Position numbers and translations under genes: made by a program
In this document: one piece after another, positions 1 to 12,492 of the stretch
Numbering within the stretch: position 1 is the stretch's first letter
How the letters are laid out: the number at the start of each line of letters is the position of its first letter
DNA from: Octopus vulgaris
Taxonomy: Eukaryota
NCBI GenBank assembly: GCA_951406725.2
Contig: OX597818.1
Coordinates: forward strand, 85,250,001-85,314,000
Direction: 5' to 3'
DNA length: 64,000 nucleotides
The notes under the pieces: model-generated
What the model saw: the letters and a program-made list of their open reading frames with translations, nothing else
Database searches by the model: none
Told to the model about the DNA's origin: nothing

Positions 1-1100
1 ATACCTACATAAATGCATACGTATTTGTGTGTATGTGTGTGTATATATATAAATATATATATGTACATACACACGTGTGTACATGTATGAATATATGTTT
101 ACACATATGTACGAGAGTGTATATTTATATATATTTACACACACACACACACACACACACTCACATATATGTACATACATACACACATACTTAAGGGAAG
201 ACCAATATTGCTTTATTGTGCACATGTATTATTGGTGCAGTTAGTCGCAATCATTAATGACCTGCCATATTGGTATATAGAAGCCAGTTCTTTATTGCTA
301 TAGCTGTATTGACAGTCTGTGTTTGTATAAACTTTTTATGGTATATACTCTTCATTTATATGTTTATATTATTTTATTTTTTCTCCCTCTTTGATATTTG
401 CTTTATTTTCTTTTGTTGCTTTTTAATCTTTGTTTTTTGTTCTCCATGGTTTTATTTTTTATAGTTTTTTTTTTATAACGTGGAGATAAATAACTGTTGA
501 ACTATCACAATTAATATGTGTGTTTATTTGGCACCAACATCATGTTGGTTTTTCCCTCTGTTCTCGCTTTTTGTCTTCCTGTATACACACACACACACAC
601 ACATGCAATCACTTGTGCGCATTTATGTGTGTGCGTATACATAAATATAGACACATGTACATTTAATGTGAAATACATATGTGTATATACAAATACACAC
701 GTGTGCATTTCATACACCCCTCTCTCTCTCTCTCACTCTCTATTTATGTATACGTACATACAGTGTGTGTGTTTGCGCATTATACACTCACACATGTATG
801 TATATATGAGAAAACTGTCCTGGACAGTCTGTAAATCTATTACTAGCACTATGTTCTATCTATAACCTAAACTCTAGATTTTAAATACATATAACAGTGA
901 CTGGGTCATTACCTTGCAATGCTGAGTTCAATTCTGGTCATTGGATCTAGAGAAGCCTCTATTTAATTTCACACAGTCATTTCATTATCTTCAAACTTTT
1001 GTTCTGATTCTGAGCTATGTGCAATGTCTTGAGTGTGAAACAGTACATTGTATGTTAATCCTTTTGTTACTATACTTTTATTGTAAAACACTGACTTTCT

Positions 1101-1320
1101 TCATCATCATCATCATTTAATATCCATTTTCCAATGCTGGCAAGGGCTGAATGGCTTGACAAGAGCTGGAGAGCTGCTCAGGCTCCATGTCAGTTTTGGC
1201 ATGGTTCCTATGGCTGGATGCCCTCCCTAATGCCAACCACTTTACAGAATTTACTGGATGCTTTCACACAGCACCAGCACTGATGCACCACCACAGGTGT
1301 TTTCTTATGTGACCCAGGCA
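1101..1320 (-). mobile_element. SINE/LINE-tail repeat family with (GAT)n tail (RTE-type 3' end)
   Basis: catcatcatttaa..tccat..atgctggca..ggctggatgccctccctaatgccaaccac. The same motif recurs at about 5676-5870, 6017-6320, 27818-27950, 33935-34190, 37370-37622, 39740-39925, 51030-51380 and 52915-53200. Confidence 0.75.
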
Positions 1321-1482
1321 CCCATTAATTTTGAATGTGTCTGCCTGGCTGTCATCATCATTTTATTTTCCAAATGATGAGACTTCTTCAGATGTCTGAC
1401 CTGCTGCTTTTCTTTGCTTGAGCACTTTTAGTTGTCCTTCATATCATGAAGGGGTACTGTGTATTCAGTCTAAAATGGTGGT

Positions 1483-1515
<33 letters not shown>

Positions 1516-1576
1516 CATGCACATATGAATGAAATAGAACTTAGTTCATAAGAATGTGTATGTGCATAAGTATGTA

Positions 1577-1793
1577 TGGGGAGATGGTGAAAAATTCCTG
1601 CATTTGGGTAAAAGAAAATAAAGGAGGATCAGTTTATTATGATTTTATTGAACATTTTCCTGTCTTTGATTCACACACTTATTGCAGCAGTCCTTCGGGT
1701 TTTCTAAGCCCTATAAAAGAACTTGGAAGGTTGGGCCTCCAAGCAGGCCTTTCACGACACCCTTAAAGCCAGGAACTTTTCAGTACTCCCTCA
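1577..1793. mobile_element. Mariner-type MITE, copy 1 (~220 bp)
   Basis: Degenerate left TIR (ggggagatggtgaaaaattcctg) and right TIR ccaggaacttttcagtactccctca. Homologous to 1822-2039 and 48086-48881. Confidence 0.75.
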
Positions 1794-1821
1794 TGTGTGT
1801 GTGTGTGTCAATATATATACA

Positions 1822-2039
1822 TAAGGAAATGCTAAAACATTCCTGGCTTTGGGTAAAAGAAAATAAAGGAGGAACAGTTAATTATGATTTCATTCAACAT
1901 ATTCCCCTCTCAGATTCACACCCTTATTGCACTGACCCTACAGTTTTTCAAAGCCCTGTAAAAAAAACTCAGAGGGTTGGGTCTCCAGCCAGGCCTTTTG
2001 TGATACCCTTGAATCCAGGAACTTTTCAGCATCCCCTCA
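1822..2039. mobile_element. Mariner-type MITE, copy 2 (tandem with copy 1)
   Basis: Aligns over its length with 1577-1793; right TIR ccaggaacttttcagcatcccctca followed by TA. Confidence 0.75.
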
Positions 2040-2644
2040 TATATATATTTTAAAATATATATATACACACACACACACACCTCAAAAATAAATAGACCTC
2101 TCTCTTTATACTATTTTATTTTGTGCAAACACTGTCTGATACTTCAGACTTGATAATATATCTTGGCACAAGGCAAGTCTATGAAATACTAAATTAACTA
2201 ATTAGATGCGTCAAATGACATTTTTTTTTTCTTTCTTTCCGTAGTTTCAGCTCAGAGCTGCGGCCATGTTGATGCACCGCGGTTATTTAATTTCTAGAAA
2301 TAAATCTTTCAAAAATTGATGTCTATTTAATTTTGCAATGTCTCTGTATATATGTGTGTGTCTGTATGAGTATATCTAATCTGATGTAAAGTTATGTTAA
2401 TGACTCAAGGACCAAAAGTTTCATCCTTTACACTTTTCAAGTGTGATACATGATACTCTTCTCCCTTGAGTCACTTATGCAACTTTACAGCCAATTAACA
2501 TTTATGCTCTAATATGGGGAATGCCGGTGAAACCATAGTGTGAATAAGTAGTTATAGACCTGTTGGTTTGTAATTCAGCTGTTAGCTGGTACCATAGAAT
2601 TGTGGTTGTAATAGTATATTTCAGTAAGTTATTTTATTTTATTT

Positions 2645-3170
2645 ATTCTTACTAGTTTCAGTCGTTGGACTGCAGCTATACTGTGGCACAGTCTTGGAGA
2701 GTTTAGTCAAAGAAATTGATCCCAGAACATTTTTTGTAACCCTTTAGCATTCAGATTACTCTGTCAAATGTAATGCTTATTTATTCACATTGTTTTGAAT
2801 TAACCATGTAACTTCAAGTGTTGATGATGTGATTGTTTATTTTTATGACATTGTAGGGTAGGTGTGAGGGACCAGATATGGCCAGTTTGAACATAGAGCA
2901 GGTAGAATATTTTGGCCAGATGTGGCCGGTTTAAATGCTTAAGGGTATAAGTCTGGTCCTTATTCTGTTGGTCTGTTTTGTTGAATAGCTAAGATATGGA
3001 AATGTAAGCAAACCTACATTGGATGTCAAGTGGTAGTAGGGAGAAATGCATAGACATGTGCACATGTGCATACACATACATGACAGGCTTCTACACAGTT
3101 TGTATCTCCAAAATTCACTCACAAAAGCTGGTTGGCCCAGGGCTATTATAGAAGATACTTGCCCAAGGTT
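2645..3170 (-). mobile_element. Dominant tRNA-derived SINE, interrupted by a piggyBac-like MITE (2737-2950)
   Basis: SINE tail and body on the minus strand resume (taagtctggtccttattctgttggtc) after an insert bounded by taaccctttagcatt ... aatgcttaagggtataa. Confidence 0.7.
2737..2950. mobile_element. piggyBac-like (TTAA) MITE family A
   Basis: Termini (t)taaccctttagcatt / aatgct(t)aagggt(a)taa; body cagattactctgtcaaatgtaatgcttatttattcacattgttttgaatt shared with about 22318-22850, 41368-41598 and 43129-43602. Confidence 0.7.
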
Positions 3171-3179
3171 CTGCAGGAT

Positions 3180-3580
3180 GTCTTCTGGCTTTTACATTCT
3201 AAATTCAAATTTTGCCAAGATTCAGTTTGTATTTAAGCATTTCGAGGTCAATGAAATATGTAATCATTGCACACTGGAGTCAATGTAATCAATTCGCCTC
3301 ACCCCAACCCACCCCCATCCCCCAAATATCAGGACTTGTGCCTGTTGTAGAAAGGATTATTATCATTAAATTGGCAAACTGGCAGAATCATTAGCATGCC
3401 AGACAAAATACTTAGGAGCATTCTGAGTTCAAATTTCACTGCAGTTGACTTTGCCTTTCATCCTCTTGGGGTTAATGAAATAAGTACCAGTTTAATACTA
3501 GGGGGTTGATGTAATTGGTTAGCCCCACCCCACCCCCAAAATTCAGGCTCTGTGCCTATTGTAGAAAGAGTTATTTTTAT
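3180..3580 (+). mobile_element. Two tandem SINEs with Nin/Deu-like central domain
   Basis: ggcaaactggcagaatcattagc..ttctgagttcaaatt..gttgactttgcctttcatcct..aataagtaccag..aggacttgtgcct. The family recurs at about 7236-8235, 13330-13580, 14200-14390, 18020-18290, 45085-45290 and 53590-53785. Confidence 0.7.
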
Positions 3581-6500
3581 TATAACTACTACTATTACTA
3601 ATACTCTAGTCGACTCCAAAGTTGCTTTGCCTTTACTAAAATATATGTTGATCATTATGTGTTGCCTCCACCTGTTCCCCCATTCCCTGTGCTCTTTCCT
3701 TCAGAGAAGTCATTTCCCTCTTTTCGTTCCTTCTCCCCTGTCATCTTCCCCTACACCATCACCACCATCTATTGCTCCATCCCCTGATCCTGACTACCAT
3801 TGCTAATCTGAAAGAGGAATAATTGCTTTACAAACATCCAATAAAGCCAATCAGATCGTTATCTTCTTTTTACAAGTATTGATTTTGCTACTTACTGCCA
3901 CCTCTCTTTATCTTTCCCTCTTCTCATGGTGTGTGTATGTGCATGTCTCTGTATGTGCTTATATTTATATATATATATATATATTCACACACACACACAT
4001 CTGTATGTCTGTGTATAAGTGTGTATCAAATTGAATTCTTTGTTTCTTTTTGCTTTTCAGGTGTGTGTGTTTGTGTAGATATATACACATACACATATAT
4101 ATACATACATATACATTCATATTCATGCACACATGTGCACACATACATATATGCAAAAACACACACCTATATACTCACATATACCAACATATGCACACAC
4201 ACACACATTTACATACATACATACATACACACACACACGTGTGTACTGACACATACACATATATAGATACATGTGTATATGTGTCTATGAGGTCAACATA
4301 CAGTTTGTTTCTTTATACCAACTGGATATCAGTTTTTCATGAGTCATATTGATTTCTTCAGCTTTGGAGCCATCTTTCCTTTTCCATTCTTTTTCTTGAT
4401 ATATATTTGAGATATTACTGCTGTTACTTATAAGCTGTTGCTGGTTCTAGGACTTACTGTAGTCATTATTATGAGGGGTTTGCCCATAATACTTGTATTT
4501 GATGTTGGTTTTGCTGGCTGTGTTTTTATCAGTTAAAACTCTAAGGAAAAACAGAACATGGTTGTGCAGTGATGGAGTTCACTTTGACGTTATGTGGTTT
4601 TGGAGTTCAATCCCACTGTGATGTGCATTGAGCAAGTGTCTTTTACTGTAGCCCTGGGTCAACCAAAGCCTTGTGTTGTGCATAGACTTGGTAAACAGGA
4701 ATGGTGTAGATGCTCATTATGTATGTACATATATATATTTGTATATGTATATGAGTTTGTGTGTGTATGTGTGCATGCATGCACATCTGTATTTGTTTCC
4801 CACTCACCACTTGAGATATGAACAAACCAATGGGTTGATTTGTTTGGCTTGAAACTATTGAAAGTGATGTCCCAGTATGATCTCAGTCCAATGACTGAAA
4901 CAAGTAAAGGAAATTGTCATTGATAGATGCTTAGTCAGCCTCTCTGTGTTATACTCTCAATACAGAAAATAACTGCTCCTCTTGCTTACAGTAGTGTAAC
5001 AGTCAGTTGGCCAAGGAAACTGTTTATCTATGTGCTACAGAGAATTTTGTGTGTGTGTGTGTATATATATATACCTTTTATTCTTTTCCTTGTTTCAGTC
5101 ATTTCACTGCGACCATGCTGGAGCACCACTTTATTTGAACAAATCGATCCTAGGACTTATTCTTTGTAAGCCTAGTACTTATTCTATCGGTCTCTTTTGC
5201 CAAACTGCTAATGTTAAGGGGATGTAAACACACCAACATCGGTTGTCAAGTGATGGTCAGGGAAAAACACAGACACACAAACATATATATATATGACCGA
5301 CTTGTCCAAGGTGCTATGCAGTGGGACTGAACCTGGAACTATGTGGTTAGAAAGCAAGCTTCTTACCACTCAGCCACTCCTGCATGCATATACATATTCA
5401 AAATATATTTGAATGTTATATATTTCCTGAATTTGGATTATTTGCAAGAAATATGAATAAAAATAGAAGTGAACGCATTCATTTGGTGACCTTTCAGTTT
5501 AGGATATAACTTAAATTTTGTTATTTTGTATTTAGTTTCATTTTGTATAGCTGGTGAAGAATTTTGATGTCATCCTGAAGTCATGCCTGTAACCAGCTTG
5601 TCTTAGGTTTGAAAAATTTAGGGTCCGTTATAGTTGTTGTTTTTCACACATAGACACATGCATGTATATGGCTACATCATCATCATCATCATCATATAAT
5701 GTCCATGTTCTTTGCTGGCATGGGTTGGATGGTTTGACAAGGTTCTAGTGAATCCAAGGATTGCATCATGCTCCAGTGTCTGCTTTGGCATGGTTTCTAT
5801 GGCTAGATGCCCATCCTGATCCAACCATTTTACAGTGTGTACTGGGTATTTTTGCATGCAACTGGTACCATTGAAGTTACCATGTAGCTTGCAAGTCTAC
5901 ATACCTGAAGAGGGTGGGGTATAATACATATATACATATATAATATATATTTGTTTTTGAATGTACGTGTATATATGCATGTGTTTGTGTGTGTCTTTCT
6001 CTCTCTCTCTCTCTCTCCATCATCATTTAGGGTCTGTTTACCCTGCTGACAGGGATGAGGTGATTTTACTGGGGGTGAGCTGCACCAAACTCCAGTCTGT
6101 TTTGGCTTGGTTTCTATGGCTGAATGCTCTTCCTAATGCCAACCACTCCATAGAGTGTACTGAATGTTTTTTACAAGTCACCAGTACAAGTTCCTTTTAT
6201 GAGTCACCTGCATGGATGCCATCTACATGTCACCAGCACAAGTACCTACTGGCCACAGCTGCAATTTCCCTTAGCTTCACATGTCTTCTCAAGCACAGCA
6301 AATTGTCAAGAGTCTTGGTCACTTGGTATACATAGACATACTGATTAGGAGTATTTTTCTCTCTTCGTTTGATGAAATAAAAACCAGTTATATACTAAGG
6401 ATCAATTTACTCAATTATGTCACCCCTATCATCATCATCATCGTTTAATGTCTAAGAATTTTTAACTTGCTTCCACTATGTGACCATCTGTAGCTGCCCT

Positions 6501-7002
6501 ATCACCCCACTTTTTTTATGTAACAATCCTGTCCCCTTTTTTAATGGGTTCATATGTAAATGAGGGGTTCATAATATTGAAAGGAACTAAAGCAACTGTG
6601 ACTTTCTTTTCTTTTTCTTCTGACCCCACCTTCTTTTCCCCCACATCATAAAACTGGAGACTGATGTTTTTATTCTTAAGGAGACCACCACCACCATTAC
6701 TATTACAACTACCACTACCACCAGTGCCATTACTGCCACCATCGCCACCACTACTGCTGCTTCTGCTACCAACTATTGAATACATATTGCTTTTTTTTTT
6801 GTTACAGATCAAATAACCTCTTTTTTTTTCTGATGTTGGGCTTTGATGGGAAAACTGATCTGATGGAGGGGAGGGTGGAGAAGGGGCATGGTAGCAGGGA
6901 AAGAAGAATCTTTTATGGTCTGATGAGCAAAGAGTACTTTGCTTTTTTTTTTTTGTTTCCTTTTTATTTTATTTTTCACTCTTCAATGTTTCCCTTTAGA
7001 CT

Positions 7003-7043
<41 letters not shown>

Positions 7044-7235
7044 TGTTGTTACTGTTCCATATTTATTGATGGATATGTAAGAGAAATAAGCTGGACTTTC
7101 AGGCTCCTTTAGACCATAACATTAACTTAAACTGCAACTATACCAACCAATATCATCAATAATCGACATTTTATTCACCTCCACTATTTTAATATATTAT
7201 TATTTTTATTGTTGTTTTTGTTGTTGTTGTTGTTA

Positions 7236-8235
7236 AGGTGGCAAGCTGGCAACGTCATTAGCACATTGGAGAAAGTACTCAGCGCTATTTCTTCCAATTT
7301 TATGTTCTGAGTTCTAGTGCCGTCAAGGTTGGCTCTACCTTTCTTCCTACTGGAGTTGATAAAATAAGTACCTGTTGAGCTGTTTGGCATGTAGTGTAAA
7401 TCTGTTTTGATAAGAGGAGGTCTGTGGACTTGATGGGGATGCTGGAGTTTGAGGAATTGGTGGAACGGCTGGCAAGGGTGCATGGAGTGCAGTGGTATGG
7501 GCATGTTGAGGAGGGCGGAATTTGAAACCATTATTATTATTAGTAGTATTTAGGTGGTGAGCTGACAGAATCATGAGCATGCTAGAAAAAAAAACACTTA
7601 GTGGTATTTCTTCCAGCTATACATTCTGAGTTCTACTTCTGCCAGCCTCATCTCTGCCTTTCATCCTTTCAAAGTTCATGCAATGAGTACCGGGCTTGAT
7701 GTAATTGTCTAGCCCTCCCCTATTACCCAAATTTCTGGGTTTGTACCTATATTAGAAAGGATTGTTGTCCTTGGTATTATTATCATTAAGGCAGTGAGTG
7801 AGCTGGCAGAATCATAAGTATGCCGGACAAAAAGCTTAGTGAAATTTCTTCTAGCATTTTATGATTTGAGTTCAAATTCCACCAAGATCAACTTTACCTT
7901 TCATCTTTGGGGGTTATTGAAGTAAAATACCATTTGAGCACTGGGTTGATGTAATCAACTTCTCCCTCCAAAATGGACAAAATGATGCCAAGTATTTTGT
8001 TTGGCATGCTAATGATTCTGCCAGCTGATCACCTTAGATGTTTGGGTAATATTGGTTTCAAATTTTAGCACAAAGTCAGTAGTTTCAGGAGAGGGATAAG
8101 TCAATTTCATCAACCCCAAAAGGATGAAAGGCAATATCAACATCAGCGAAATTTGAACTTAGACCATAGAGATGGATGAAATGCTGCTGAAAATTTTGCC
8201 TGACATGCTAATGATTCTGCCAGCTTGTCATCTTA
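7236..8235. mobile_element. Cluster of Nin/Deu-like SINEs (three + copies, two - copies) just upstream of the plexin exon
   Basis: + copies begin near 7236, 7553 and 7790; - copies lie at about 7975-8035 and 8050-8235 (gctaatgattctgccagct = reverse complement of the head). Confidence 0.7.
7377..7516 (+). mobile_element. RTE-clade LINE ORF2 C-terminal fragment
   Basis: Translates ...FDKRRSVDLMGMLEFEELVERLARVHGVQWYGHV, the RTE 'R-W-Y/F-G-H-V' region. Confidence 0.65.
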
Positions 8236-8370
8236 ATGTATTGGTAATAGTAATTTGCTATATATATTTTTTATATTTAAATTCATTTATGTTTTTATTT
8301 TTGTCCTTTCACCCTTATATTACAAATTATCTAATATTCTTTTTTTTTTCTATTTCACAGGTCTTATTAG

Positions 8371-9504
8371 ATGAAGGGAGTTGTATATGCCTCTCTTAGG
8401 ATGTGGCGTAATGTGGCCTTTTTAGTTTTGGTGATGCCACTGCTGTATGTCAGTGGTGATTACATTGTAAGCAGTTTCCAAAGCTCTAAAAATGGTTCCA
8501 CCATGAATCATTATGTGGTTAATAAAAATACCGGCAAAATCTATGTTGGTGCCGTTAACAGACTCTATCAACTTTCTCCCGACTTAAAGGAGGAAATTAA
8601 TGTGTCTACCGGACCAATAAAGAGCAGTCCGCAGTGTCCACCACAAAAATATTCCTGTGAGTCTGGACAATTTACTGATACTTATAACAAAGTTCTCGTT
8701 GTGAACTATGCATCACAGGAACTGATTGCTTGCTCAACCCAGTTCCATGGTATATGTGAAAAAAGGTACCTTGCCAACATGTCCATCAGCAACACCAACA
8801 AACCACTCTCCAATCCGGTCGTTGCTAACAGCCTGAATGCAACTACTTTTGCTTTTATTGCACCAGGACCAAGCCAAGGAAATGGTGTTCAGCCCAACGT
8901 ATTGTATGTTGGTGCAACCAGAACCAACATTGGATTAAGGATATACCGCGATCTAGTGCCAGCCTTCTGTATTCGCAATCTCGACAATTTTGAAATTGCA
9001 TACAAAAGCCCTGTGGAGCAGAGTTCCAAAAAAGAAATTGAAACCCAACATAGAGAAACATTCAAAGTGAACTACATATATGGCTTCAGCTCTGAGAAAT
9101 TCAGTTATATGTTGACAGTGCAGAAAGCCAATACCCAAGATGAGCGTTATGCTTCAAAGATCTTCCGGGTTTGCCAAAATGACAAAAATTTCTACTCTTA
9201 TGCAGAACTATCCTTCAAGTGTGGAAGCAACAGGGTGTATAATTTAGTGCAAGCTGCCTATCTTGCTAAAGCCGGCAGCACTTTGGCACAAAATCTTGGA
9301 ATTCCCACTACGGAAGATGTTCTTTATGCTGTATTTTCTCATGGACAGACTAACAAACTGGAACCACAGCCTCGATCAGCACTTTGCATTTATCCAATGC
9401 GGATTGTTAGGAAAATATTTACCCAAAACATTCGCCAGTGTTTCAAAGGACTTGGAAATATTGGTCCTGAACATCTTACAAAGTCTACTTTGTGCCAAAA
9501 AACG
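8371..9504 (+). CDS. PlexA: Plexin-A, first coding exon (signal peptide + N-terminal part of Sema domain)
   Basis: Only long non-repetitive ORF. Hydrophobic signal peptide MWRNVAFLVLVMPLLYVSG. Plexin Sema motifs IYVGAVNRLYQLS, DTYNKVLVVN, LIACS..HGICE, PVVAN..ATTFAFIAPGP, NVLYVGAT, VNYIYGFSSEKFSY, RVCQND.NFYSYAE, YNLVQAAYLAKAG..LAQNLGI...DVLYAVFS, SALCIY and NIRQCFKG closely parallel Drosophila PlexA as I recall it. Polypyrimidine tract + CAG acceptor at 8358-8360 (exon starts 8361); donor ACG|GTAAGT at 9504/9505, phase 0. Start could be ATG 8371 or ATG 8401. Confidence 0.93.
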
Positions 9505-9544
9505 GTAAGTTTTTCTTTTTTATACAATTTTTTAAATCTTTTAT

Positions 9545-9768
9545 CTGTTACTTGTTTCAGTCATTAGACTGCAGCCATGCTGGGGCACCATCTTCAGGAA
9601 TCTTAGTCAAACTAATTGACACCAGTACTTTTTTTATATTTTAAAACCTGGTGCTTATTCTATCAGTCTATTTTGCCAAACTGCTAAATTACAGGGATGT
9701 AAACACACTAACACCAGTTGTCAAGTGTTGGTGGGAGACAGACAGAAAAACACATATGCATATATACA

Positions 9769-9828
<60 letters not shown>

Positions 9829-9986
9829 GACAGATATGATGGACTTCTTTCAGTTTCTGTCTGCTAAATCCACTCACAAGGCTTTGGTTGACCTGAGGCA
9901 CATGACCGGAGACACATGCAGTGAGACTGAACACAGAATTATGTGGTTAGGAAGCAAACTTCTTACCACACAGCCACGCCTACACC
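9545..9986 (-). mobile_element. Dominant tRNA-derived SINE, 40 bp downstream of the plexin splice donor
   Basis: Reverse complement of the 38435-38836 family, including the internal (TA)n tract and the head cttcttaccacacagccacgcctacacc. Confidence 0.8.
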
Positions 9987-10514
9987 TGAAAGTTTTAGTT
10001 TTTAAAAATTCTTTCTGCCCAAATTGAATCTACCCCTTTAGCATTCAGATTTTTTCTCAAATGTACCTGCAGACAGAAAGCAAGCAATAAAGTAAGGTGT
10101 TTTCTGGAAAGATACATTACCCAGCCTCTAAAAGAAATGATAGTCAGAAAACAAGAAAAATGAGTCTATATGTAGCTTTTTCACCTGCTAGAAATAGCAG
10201 TTAAATGTCCTTCAAATTATACCTTTCTTTAAAAAGAAAACTGGAAATTTAAGACAAAGATATGTAGTTCTAAATATGTCTGAAAATATTTAAATAAATA
10301 AATAAATGGTCACAAATGAATCATCTTTAATTATAAGTCTGCCAGATCAGATCTGACCTGGGGTTAAACAACTGATATTCAACACCATCATTTCCATACA
10401 TTGTCCCCACCCCAAAGTAATCAGCAACAATTTGAAGACTTTTTCTACTTTTCTACATCTCTGTCTATCTTTTTTTTGGTATCTGTCTTTCATATTTCTT
10501 CTTCCTCCCTCTGT

Positions 10515-10517
<3 letters not shown>

Positions 10518-10570
<53 letters not shown>

Positions 10571-10710
10571 TCTCTTCCGCCCATCTCTGCCTTTCGCTCC
10601 CCACACTCTCTCTCTTTCTCTTTCATTCTCTCTCTCTCTCTCATATCTCTTCCACCCATCTCTGCCTTTCGCTCCCCGCTCTCTCTCTCTTTCTCTCTCA
10701 CTCTCTCATC
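10518..10710. repeat. (CT)n microsatellite with a duplicated ~70-bp pyrimidine unit
   Basis: (CT)n run, then tatctcttcc(g/a)cccatctctgcctttcgctccc occurring twice. Confidence 0.85.
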
Positions 10711-11810
10711 CCCCCCCCCACATGTGTCTCCTTATTTCTTTCTTTCTTTCTTCCCTTTATCCTCTGCTCCCTTCCCTCTATCCCTATGCATATCTAAGAT
10801 TCTGTGAAGCATTTTCTACCCTTTACCATACAGAAAATCTTAGTCTCTACCTCCCCATTCCCCACATTATCATGGGCCTCCTTTAATTAGTATCAGTTTT
10901 AATTCTTTTGCTTATTATTTTATTTGTTTATTTCCAACAATGGAGGGAAAAAGAACAAAAGCAAAAAGCAAGAAAAACAATGAAAACAAACCCATGTTTT
11001 ATTGAAAGGTTAACTGTCAGCTTGTTCTGTAAAAGCAAACAACCTTCTCTTCATGCCTTACATTTCCCACAGTTTATTCCTGCTACTGCTAGTGATGCTG
11101 CAGCTACTAATAACTAATGCCATTTTATTGGACTCCTAAGCAAGGCCCATAACTCTCCTTGATTTCAAATGCCTGCTTTACTGAAAGTAAAAGAAAAGGA
11201 GCAGGAGAAGGAAAGAGTAAAGGAGATCCAGCTACAAAAAAAGTGGCTCCTGGTGTAGCTGTGTGGTCAAGAAGCTTGCTTCCCAATCATGTGGTCTTGG
11301 ATTCAGTTCTACGGCACATCACCTTGGGCATGTATGTCTTCTAAAACACCGGGCCAACTAAAGCCTTGTGAGTGGATTTGATAGATGAAAACCAGTAGTG
11401 ATGTTGATTTATTCAACTGAACCCTTCAAGGTAGTGCCCTAGTATGGCCACAGCCCAATGACTGAATGATAAAAGATACAAGCATGGAAAAGAAAAATAT
11501 GAAAATATCTAACTAAAAAAAATATAACTCCACTGTTCTAAGATTAAAGAATTTGGAAACATGTTTATTTTATTACTGAGTTGTATTTACTGCTATTTCA
11601 ACTAACTTTTAGAATAGTGAAGAATTTAGTAAAATATTTTTATCATTGTTAAGCAAGTGTTTAGAATACAAATTTATGTGAAATTTTGAAGGCAGGTTTT
11701 TAGATCATTTTAACACTTGTTTACCATATTTCCAATGTAATATTATCTACTCATCAGGTGTCTGAAACATGAATTAACATGAAATTTTCTTGGAAGGTTT
11801 TATGTCATTC

Positions 11811-12017
11811 TAACCCTTATGATACGATATGTATATTATTATATTATTTGTTTCATATAATGTTAAAAATAATTTAAACAAAATATTTTAGTGAAATAAC
11901 GTTTTTGTTATTAAGCTAGTGTTTAGAACATAGATTAACATAGAATTTTGATAATTACAGCAAGTTTGTTTCATAGAACCAGGGTGATCTTAGGCAAGGT
12001 GGTATCAAAAGGGTTAA
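11811..12017. mobile_element. piggyBac-like (TTAA) MITE family B
   Basis: Termini taacccttatgatac ... gtatcaaaagggttaa; related pieces at about 11600-11810, 14395-14533, 43051-43650 and 51620-51838. Confidence 0.6.
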
Positions 12018-12124
12018 ACTTAAAATACTGTAGATTATCATACATTTTAATTTGATGCCTTACTGTTCTTGCCAACACACTATTTTTAATGTTTAACTAT
12101 ATAACTGCCACTGAACTACAGAAG

Positions 12125-12492
12125 AACCATACACATACGAGCACATCACCAGCTTACTTACATGTACAATTGTGAATTGACAATCCATCAGTTATGACAA
12201 CGAGGGTTCCAGTTGATCCAATCAATGGAACAGCCTGCTCATGAAATTAGAGTGCAAGTGACTGAGCACTCCACAGACATGCATACTGTTAACTTAGCTT
12301 TCAAGGAGAGTCAGCGTGATACAGAATGTGACAAGGTTGGCCCTTTAATTTATAGGCACTCCCCATTTTGCCAGCTGAGTTGCATGGGGCAGTGTCAAAT
12401 AAAGTGCCTGCTCAAGGATACAACACGCTGCTGGTTTTCGAACTCACGACCTTATGCTCATGAGCCGAATATTCTAACCATTGGGCTATGCT
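12125..12492 (-). mobile_element. tRNA-derived SINE (second family)
   Basis: Minus-strand tRNA-like head (gcatagcccaatggttagaatattcggctcatga..gtcgtgagttcgaaa) plus gtatccttgagcaggcactttattt domain; + strand relative at about 56160-56470. Confidence 0.7.

Noticed and set aside
6918-6955. CTGATGA-GCAAAG-agta-CTTTGC-poly(T): hammerhead or terminator look-alike
   Set aside because: No GAAA or stem III follows the hairpin, and intrinsic terminators are not meaningful in this eukaryotic context.
9505-9567. Read-through of the plexin ORF to the stop at 9567 (398-aa single-exon protein)
   Set aside because: The last 20 codons follow a consensus GTAAGT donor and run into a SINE tail; the true continuation is at 53874.
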